Assembly (NCBI GenBank): GCA_977020255.1
Contig: CDROCS010000184.1
Span: 1-64,000 of the forward strand
Length of the DNA: 64,000 bases
Direction of reading: 5' to 3'
Origin: Obrimoposthia wandeli
Lineage: Eukaryota
The notes beneath the pieces were generated by a model that was not told where the DNA came from, searched no databases, and saw nothing but the letters and a program-made list of their open reading frames with translations. Shown one piece after another: positions 53,627 through 61,389 of this stretch. Position 1 is the stretch's first letter. The number at the start of each line of letters is the position of its first letter. The translations under genes and the position numbers were made by a program.

Positions 53627-55690
53627 TGTTTTCTATCGTTTATATTATTCAGTTTAAAATAGTAATACTTAAACAAATAATTGCAAGTGGGATAATTCCG
53701 GTTTCTGATTACATAACTCTCTCCTTCTCTATTCAAATTTGCACTTCTTCAGCCATTCGATTCTTCTAGAGAGTATTCCTCTTAGAAACTTAATTGATAC
53801 TTGTCGTGAACTCAAAAATTATATTATTATATATGGGCCTTCATACAGATCACTATCATTATTTTTTTATTGGATCCTTTTTAATAAGCACCTTTTCATT
53901 TACTTCAAATATCCTTTCTCCTCTTCTTTCATTATCTAACTTCTTTAACTTTTCAGCTGCGATTTGTTGATCCTTTTTTACGTCTTGAATGATATCAACT
54001 TGGTTTTCTAAATGCTTTGGTTGTCGTCTAGGATTTTGACAAATTGGATCAGCAATAGTCTCAATCCTATGATTGAAAATTTTGGTTTTTCTTAGATCAA
54101 ATTTAGAACACATAAATATTTTCCCAAACTCCTAAACATAATGTCCTAGAATTAAGTCTCTATCACATTTTATAGAATTACATATTTTATCTGTTCTTTC
54201 TTTTATCATGCAAGACGAGTCCAAACAACATACTTCCTGAAGCTTTATCCCAAATATTTTTATTGTATCAATTCTACAAATAAAATCTGGTTTAATTTTT
54301 TCTGCAACGAGTATTTCCTAAAACTTTCTACTTTCTATTTCATAACACTTTAGTATTAAACCTACCTAAAGGCTGTTGATGACTATTCGAAAAAATTCCA
54401 CTCAGATATAAATTACTTTCTCATTTTGTGACATCCTACATTTTTCCAACAATCCTTACTCATTACAGTAACTGATGATTCGGAGTCACACAGCATTTTC
54501 TCATCTACATCATTAATCTTCATTATACTCCATTCACGATCATCATTCTTCATATACATCTTTTCATTCAGCTTTGGTTCTATATGCTCGATCCCACCGA
54601 CGGAATGTGAGCAATGTGATCGCTCACGTTTCCCTGATGAACATCATGTATTATCATGTCTTTATTATAACAACCTTCTACATCTTCATTATTTTCTCCC
54701 ACTTCTTCTGTTATACAAAGTACCTTTGAAGTTTTTTGTGGGGTTTTTAAAAAATAGCAGCTGTTGAAATTGTGACCTTCTTTTCGCAAATCAAAAATTT
54801 GTGATTGAGAGGACATTGATTTCGGAAATTACCTTTTTCACCACAACACAAAAATGCTCCTTTTTGTGACAGGCAGTCCCTTGGCTAAGTTATATATTTT
54901 TTTAGCTATTTGTTTTAATGAAAACCTTGGCATTGATCTTCTATTATTTTGATTTTGGGCATTTCTATTTATGTATATATTTTTTTCTTCATTAACATAT
55001 CTTCTTTCTTACTGAAGTACTAGTACTGATACTGGGTGTTTCTTTCTATTATTTGAGAAATGACAGTTGTCAGGATGGTTGTATTATATTTTTTACTGTA
55101 TTTGCATATGTATTCTGAACTTATGCACGCTCGTTTTTCTTTTTCTCAATTTCGCTATAAACCTTTGCCAACGCCTCTATTTCTTCTTTTGGCATTTGCG
55201 ATTTTAATTAGAACTGCTCATGAAGTTTTTCACTTCTTACTCTTTAGTTAATAAAGCTCATCTTTGCTAACATTATTTTATATCATGGTCTCAACGAGTT
55301 TTTTTAACTCTAATGCTGAGCGCTGAGAAACATTCGCCTTCTACTTGCTTCACTTTTTCGAGTTCGCAAATTTTGTCACCTATGGATATTTTTTCTAGGA
55401 AAGTTTCTTCAAACCATTTTTGACTTCGATTTCTGAATTTACCCTTTTACTGCCATTCTTCCATAATCAAATCAAATACATTTCAATTATTAGTTTCATT
55501 TGAGTCGACCCATTCTCATATATTTTAACCATTTTTCACCTTCCTTTGAACTCATTCCATTGTATCTTCTTATTTTGTACTGAAACATCATTCTTTGCTC
55601 TTTTGGCATAGTCTCGAGAATATTCTTCTTTGATTGACTTCTAGTCACTACATTTATTTCGGCGTGGTCGCCATTTATGTTTTCTATCGT
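53627..55690 (-). mobile_element. Internally deleted Ty3/gypsy LTR retrotransposon
   Basis: PBS-like TGGCGACCAC (55673 down), decayed gag with CCHC knuckles (CCGEKGNFRNQC), protease MLCDSESSVTV, short RT start, integrase tail YEGPYII, PPT 53717-53730, then TG-starting 3' LTR 53713-53627. Confidence 0.85.
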
Positions 55691-56250
55691 ACTATCACTA
55701 CACTATCTATTTTATAATCTTTTGAAAACATTTTCAGTTCCACTACAGTCTTTGGTCTCGTTTCAAGTAACAACACTTTTGCTACTCTACCAGGAACATT
55801 TCTAACCGAATTAGATGAGATAATATCCCGTTTATTACGAGCTACTATTTGTAGACTATCAAAACTGAATTGAAGAGCTTCTTTTTTAGATTCAAAATTA
55901 ATTTTAATAACTTGAAGAAATTTTAATCGATTTTTAAATCTGACTTTGTTATTTTCATATATTACTTTCACTTCTTTATCTATACAATTGTAATAGAATT
56001 TTCCTTTACTATCAAACCCGATCACAACTTTAGTTGTTTTTTCATGATCAACTTCTTTTGTAAACGAAATATGTGAGTTTTTTCTGATAGTAATTGGAGA
56101 ATAATAAAAAGAAAATTCTGTTAAAGCCGCTTCCCATTCTCCTTGGAGATTTATAGAATTTTCCCAATCGATAATAAAGCTACTAGCGTAATTATCTGGT
56201 TGAGTCTTCGGACATCCGTTACTTGGTAAAACCATATACATAGAATTCAT
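55691..56250 (-). CDS. Minor capsid (penton-like) protein, C-terminally truncated
   Basis: MYMVLPSN..P.N..SSF......I.L.GEWE.AL.EF N-terminus typical of Polinton minor capsid ORFs; the stop is supplied by LTR sequence. Confidence 0.7.
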
Positions 56251-57274
56251 ATTATATTAGATGCTGATATCCAAGTTGGGTCTGAATAACCATGCCATTT
56301 AACAAAGTATTGTTTATGTTTACCTGTACCCTTAGATTTTAATATTTTTTGAATACGGAAAACGCTAGGTTTATTTGATATTACTTGTAGTTCTTGCTCG
56401 TAAAATTTACTGTGAACGATATTATTGTCAGCATCTTTAATAGTATACATTATTGGATTACTCTTTTGATCAATTTTACTTATACAAAATATTTCATCGC
56501 TCCAATTCTGATCAAAGTTTTTAATAAATGGAGTAGAGCTAATTTTCGAAATTCGAACATATTCGTTTTTCTTATATTTAGCTTTTTAATTTTATCTTTT
56601 TTATTCCTGTTCATCCAAATGTCCATAGAGTTTTTATTAGTAACATCAACAGGTCTCATTCCCTTGAGACCTCTATGTTCAGAGTGATTATATGCATGTA
56701 TTATTTTAGGTAAAACTTGGATCCATTTTTTATTTCCTTCTTTTGTGAAATACTTTTTTATTCGATCTCTTAGAGTACGATTAAATCTTTCTACTACTGC
56801 TGCTTTGTATTGTGAAAACACAGAGTAATGATTTATATTATTTTGTTTAAATAATGATTGAACTTGCTTATTATAAAATTCTTTTCCTAAATCAGTTTGC
56901 ACATTTTGTGGAATGTCCTCTTTTAATATTTCTTTAATGGCTTCAAGCATAGCTATTGAAGACTTTGCTTTAACTGGAATTGCACGAGCAAACCTGCTAA
57001 ATACATCAATACATGTTAAAATATATCGATATCCCTTATTAATGGAAGAATATGGGATCATCTCCATCAAATCCATTTGCCATAAATTATTAGGACCGAT
57101 GGTTTTGTAATCTCTAGTTGGAAACCTTCTTCTCATCGGCTTGTTCAGACTGTAGGCTAACTGATCGCTCAGCCATTTCTGCATTTTCTTGTAATTTTGT
57201 TTTGTTCTTTTTGCTAATTTTGAAACTCCTGTGTAGCTAATTGGATCTTTTGGATTGAACCATATCTTCTCCAT
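56247..57274 (-). pseudogene. RVE integrase with C-terminal chromodomain, one frameshift at A5 run 56583-56587
   Basis: WQMDL..YILTCIDVFSRF..QTDLGKEF..VERFNRTL (D-D-E); continues FKxGxxVRIS-like KNEYVRISK..NWSDEIF..FYEQELQ..YFVKWHGY..TWI; ATGA overlap with the capsid ORF. Confidence 0.92.
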
Positions 57275-57360
57275 TAAAACAATTTGAATAGAAAGAAAAT
57301 TTAAGTTTAGGTAAAGAAGGCCTAGCACCCATATCTTTAGCTGATTTTAGAAATAATTGT

Positions 57361-57691
57361 TTATGAACGTGTCGCAGCTATAATACTACTGATAATTGAA
57401 GCAACAACTGGAATAACAGCCCCTATGAAACCACCATTCTGTTTAAGAATAATATTTCGTTTCCTTTTTTTTACTTTTTACATTAGCAATATCTAGAAGA
57501 GTTTTTCTATATTTCTTTAATATATTTTTCCGATTTCCAACTTTTACTCGACCCAAAACTATATTATACAAAACTTCCAATAAATCATCTACAACAAAAG
57601 ATGGAAATGCTTTAAGAATAATCATTCTCTTATGAGAAGAGGCTTTGACTAAAGCTTTAAAATAGGGTATGCTTCATTGTATTTTCTTCAT
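57361..57691 (-). pseudogene. Small basic virion protein with KQNGGFIGAVIP amphipathic tail
   Basis: Basic helical ORF ending QxGGF plus hydrophobic helix, as commonly seen in Polinton small ORFs; one TGA at codon 6 and one shift in A8 run 57465-57472. Confidence 0.6.
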
Positions 57692-57737
57692 TTTAATAAA
57701 AAAGGTTCAATTTGAATATTGCTTATATTCAAAGCCA

Positions 57738-57863
57738 TTAAAGTTTTTTTTTATTTCTAACTACAGATTTGATTAATTTTTTCACTTCTTTTTTCTTAAT
57801 GATTCTTTTTTTTGATTTCTTAGATTTTACTTTACGTTTTACTATCAACTTTGTAAAAGGCAT
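57738..57863 (-). CDS. 41-aa Lys-rich putative DNA-condensing protein
   Basis: MPFTKLIVKRKVKSKKSKKRIIKKKEVKKLIKSVVRNKKKL (20 of 41 residues K/R); ATG 7 nt after the ATPase stop. Confidence 0.45.
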   Translation of the reverse strand: MPFTKLIVKRKVKSKKSKKRIIKKKEVKKLIKSVVRNKKKL

Positions 57864-57870
57864 TGCGAAT

Positions 57871-58517
57871 TTATTTTTTATAATTGTTCTCTATTTGTTT
57901 ATAAACAGTTACTCCCTTAGAATTAAATATGTCTGTTAAAACACGTAAATCATCTGGGCAAGCTTGTGTAAAGTCAATAAATATATACCCATGTGCTTGT
58001 TTAGCAGCATCGTGGAATGAATCAACTAGAAAGTTCTTATTTTGAGGCAATGCCTGTCTGGCCACAAAATCAACAACTGTTTGATCTCTAGGATTTTTAA
58101 ATAAAACTAAGTAATGTACATTAAGATTTCTTGTTCTATGGTGACCTCCTTGGTGAAACAGATTTTGAGTGATAAATATAACTGTAACTTCACGATGTCT
58201 TGCAATCTTTGTAAATAAATTATTAAAGTCCGATTCCTTGTTAGCCTCCTCATACAAATCATCATTATTATTACATCTTCTTTTTTCAATCTTTCACACC
58301 AATTTGCATCAAATCCTTCAATAAATTTTATACCCTTCAACTTGCAAACTTCTGTTTTGGTTAACCCGCTTTCCCCTCCTCCACCATGATGCCAATAAAT
58401 ATTTTTGAAACTAGATTTGAAAAGAGATTCATTTTGCAACAATTTACAGACGAAATGTGTCTTTCCACTTCCACTTGGGCCAACTATTTGAAATACAGCA
58501 TTATTATTTAGCTCCAT
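57871..58517 (-). pseudogene. FtsK/A32-like genome packaging ATPase, frameshift at about 58265
   Basis: Walker A GPSGSGKT, Walker B VII.DDL split by a 1-nt loss, LFTKIARH..ITQNLF..RT..LN.HY..LFKNPRD..YIFIDF. Confidence 0.92.
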
Positions 58518-58554
58518 TGCATATACTCTTTCATTTTTAATATTGTTTATATTA

Positions 58555-58797
58555 TCATAGAAGTTTCCTTATTGAAATGTACAATGTTAGAGCTATTGTA
58601 GATGAAATACAAAAATTAATTAATGAATATTTGGCTATAATTTTATTTATTTGTGTACGATTTCTAAATTCTTGAATAACGTGTGATCTAACCAATATTT
58701 CAATGTTCTCTCTTGTTATATCATTATTTTTTAATTCTGATAAAATTTCTTTACCCCTAATGTTTCCAGAAAATATTTCATCGGCAAGCCGATCCAC
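58555..58797 (-). CDS. 80-aa hypothetical protein with C-terminal hydrophobic helix
   Basis: Fills the gap between TBP-like gene and ATPase; GTG start uncertain. Confidence 0.45.
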   Translation of the reverse strand: MDRLADEIFSGNIRGKEILSELKNNDITRENIEILVRSHVIQEFRNRTQINKIIAKYSLINFCISSTIALTLYISIRKLL

Positions 58798-58807
58798 TTC
58801 ATTGTCT

Positions 58808-59349
58808 CTATTTATTCATTTGAAACAATAAGTTTAAACGGGTTTGTTTATAGAAAAAAGATAACAAGATGTAATAAGATATATTTTCTAAAATCAAATC
58901 AACTATGTCTGGATAATCAAAGTTTTTCAATCCCAATATCATAACTTTACCACTGGAAAATATATTTACACATAGCGGTTTAAACTTCAAATAACTGAGA
59001 GCAGGAAAAATTTCTGGTTTAAACATGCATTCTTCTTTCATTTTCTCTGCAGTTTTAAAAAGATTTATCTGTTTCCCGAGATTAGCCGAAATCGTGATTG
59101 ATTGTATTGCAGTGATTTGAATTCCAAATGGTAAATTGAACCCAAGCATTGGTATTTTGCATCCCATAACACGACAATTTCCTAAAGAATTCAATATGAA
59201 AATAAAATAAAAAACTAACCTGTAGGAAAAATAACAACTGTGAAATTGTCAAACTTTTCTACATATTGTCTCGGCTTCCATTCATTGAATGGTAAGTACG
59301 AAACATCATCTTCTGTTCTACCTTTATAATTTATATTTACGAGTTTCAT
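58808..59349 (-). CDS. TATA-binding-protein (TBP)-like protein, 167 aa, join(59349-59220, 59181-58808)
   Basis: Repeat 1: KLVNINY..VVIFPT|GNCRVMGCK. Repeat 2: IQSITISANLGKQINL..FKPEIFPALSY..VNIFSSGKVMILGLK. A 38-nt GTTAGT..CTTTAG intron removes a stop and restores the IFxxG motif. Confidence 0.85.
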
Positions 59350-59352
59350 TAG

Positions 59353-59387
59353 ACTGAAATTGTATTCTGTAAAATCTTCTTTATATA
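59353..59387 (-). promoter_or_regulatory. TATA box plus Inr of the TBP-like gene
   Basis: TATATAAAG (59387-59379) with TCAGT (59357-59353) 30 nt downstream, ATG at 59349. Confidence 0.6.
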
Positions 59388-59527
59388 TGTCTGAACCTGC
59401 TTTTTTATTGCACGTTTCTTGTAATTATCTTGCAAACCTATTATAATTGGATGATATATTTAGTCCAATCAAATTCAATGCTTTTGTTATATTAACCAAT
59501 GAGATTCATGTTTTTGTTAGAAATTAG

Positions 59528-59563
59528 TATAAAAGAATGCGCCATTGGAGGACAAATCACAGT
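59528..59563 (+). promoter_or_regulatory. TATA box plus Inr-like site of the divergent plus-strand gene
   Basis: TATAAAAG at 59528-59535, TCACAGT about 30 nt downstream, in-frame ATGs at 59566 and 59596. Confidence 0.55.
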
Positions 59564-59595
59564 AAATGCATTCATATCAAAGACAATTATCAACG

Positions 59596-60047
59596 ATGGA
59601 CGATAGCCAACGGGTATTAGGCGATGACGAAGAAATGTTTGAAGAATCGGATAAGGATATGTATGAAGAAGTGAAGAAGTAAACATTGTTTTTAATCAGT
59701 TTCCTTATTTTAGAATGGATAAAATATGTGTAGCAAATTTTTATTATCCAGAAAGAATTTCAAAAGGAAAACTGTGTAATATATTAAAGAGGCATCAAAT
59801 TATACGAGTTATGAATCCTGTGAAAATATCAAAAGTGGAGAAAAAATATCTCATCGAAATTTTAACAACAACTGATTTTGATCAACTGAAAAATATTTTG
59901 GGATTTTACATTCCTGATTATGTATATGAAGGAAATTGTTTCGAGCTTGAAACTGATCCCAGTCTGGATTTTAAAGATGATCTAGGATATTTGATTGCTC
60001 CAAGAACTATGGAATATCTCAATACGTCTGAATGGATATTTTGCTGA
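59596..60047 (+). CDS. Spliced hypothetical protein, 138 aa, join(59596-59678, 59714-60047), acidic N-terminus
   Basis: MDDSQRVLGDDEEMFEESDKDMYEEVK joins in frame to the MDKICVANF ORF across a 35-nt GTAAAC..TTTTAG intron. Confidence 0.7.
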
Positions 60048-60233
60048 TGACGGGACAATTCAGCCTCTCTGGACTTTGAGTGAAGCCAATATGTTGTTTT
60101 ATGTTTAATAAATATTTTGAAAAATAATTTTGTCTCGTATTTTGTTTTTGCTCCTCTAAATTATATAGATCTGACCGATGTTTTTCGTGCCTGTAGATCA
60201 AGAATGAAGCCCGCCCCGAAGGGGCGGTCGGAG

Positions 60234-60504
60234 NNNNNNNNNNNNNNNNNNNNNNNNNNNNNNNNNNNNNNNNNNNNNNNNNNNNNNNNNNNNNNNNNNN
60301 NNNNNNNNNNNNNNNNNNNNNNNNNNNNNNNNNNNNNNNNNNNNNNNNNNNNNNNNNNNNNNNNNNNNNNNNNNNNNNNNNNNNNNNNNNNNNNNNNNNN
60401 NNNNNNNNNNNNNNNNNNNNNNNNNNNNNNNNNNNNNNNNNNNNNNNNNNNNNNNNNNNNNNNNNNNNNNNNNNNNNNNNNNNNNNNNNNNNNNNNNNNN
60501 NNNN
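60234..60504. other. Assembly gap (271 N)
   Basis: N run flanked by a hairpin and a tandem repeat. Confidence 1.
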
Positions 60505-60610
60505 GTACATCGCCAAGCTAGTCTGTGACCTATATGAGAACGAGATATCCGTACATCGTCAAGCTAGTCTGTGACCTATATGAGAACGAGATATCCGTAC
60601 ATCTGTGACC
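60505..60610. repeat. 46-bp tandem repeat, two copies plus a partial third
   Basis: GTACATCG(C/T)CAAGCTAGTCTGTGACCTATATGAGAACGAGATATCC at 60505 and 60551. Confidence 0.95.
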
Positions 60611-60668
60611 AATGTCGGTCCCGAGCCCTTCGCGCCGATAGGCGCTAAAAAGTTTTAGGGGGGGGGGT

Positions 60669-60754
60669 ACCCCCCTTGTCCTTTAAAACCGTGCATGTGT
60701 GTGGAGTGAAATTTCACTCCACACACATGCACGGTTTTAAAGGACAAGGGGGGT
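60669..60754. repeat. Perfect 86-bp palindrome without a loop
   Basis: 43-bp arm ACCCCCCTTGTCC..GGAGTGAAA followed by its exact reverse complement; centre 60711/60712. Confidence 0.97.
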
Positions 60755-61339
60755 GTGGATTAGACCGGACACATCCATCTACTCTAGTGATTTACAATTT
60801 CTCAAATATTATCAAACACAAGCGTAATCAACACAATTTTTTAAACAAAGTTGAAGATATTACAATGATTTGAATACAACTATTATCCCATTACGGAAAA
60901 ATAATAAATAAACAAATTTATCGAAGAAAATTGCATTATTAACAGACACACAATTACTTTATTTTTTTAAAGATGCTATCGCCTGACATAAGTATTTGAT
61001 CTAGAAACGTTTTTTAATGTATGCAATAAATTTGTTGTTGCTGTTACTGTTTAAATTTATTGAATGTTCGTCTTATATTAATCATATGTATTCAACAAAC
61101 CAAAATAATTAAAGCAGCAGCTTCCAAAATTTTTGGAAGGTGCCCCAGTAAAAAAAGAAAACTTTTGCGTCCCCCCTTAAAAAAATTAGTAACACAATTA
61201 TATTTATTAATTCCAAAGCATTTTTTAATAAACAAATTTCTAACGCAATAAATAGCTTCGTAAAATTATTACTCTTTCAATAATGTTCAATAATTTTATT
61301 TGGAGTTTCAAATTATTTTTTTAACGTGATCCTTTTGAA

Positions 61340-61389
61340 AAATTAATCGCCTCTTTTTGGGGTCGTGTCTCACACTTTGGAAACCGCTG
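61340..61389. mobile_element. hAT (Charlie-like) terminal fragment
   Basis: GGGGTCGTGTCTCACACTTTGGAAACCGCTG resembles hAT 3' ends; partner end not found. Confidence 0.35.

Larger units (their letters stand above)
55691..60783 (-). mobile_element. Polinton/Maverick (adintovirus-like) endogenous DNA virus remnant, one terminus retained
   Basis: Minor capsid + RVE integrase-chromodomain + FtsK/A32-like ATPase + small basic ORFs in a compact same-strand array; terminus 5'-AGTAG; major capsid, protease and pPolB missing here. Confidence 0.9.

Noticed and set aside
56394-57110. Plus-strand ORFs at 56394-56687 and 56913-57110
   Set aside because: Antisense to the integrase.
59350-59490. In-frame N-terminal extension of the TBP-like protein
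   Set aside because: Interrupted by TAA and lacks an ATG; overlaps a well-spaced TATA+Inr that fits the 59349 start.
59492-59686. 64-aa minus-strand ORF (MFTSSLLHTY..)
   Set aside because: Antisense shadow of the acidic plus-strand exon and its promoter.
60505-60610. CRISPR-like array
   Set aside because: Head-to-tail repeats without spacers; eukaryotic context; no cas genes.
60754-60790. Helitron 3' end (hairpin plus CTAG)
   Set aside because: Similarity with the 44657 copy stops at CTACT, before CTAG, which fits a Polinton AGTAG terminus.
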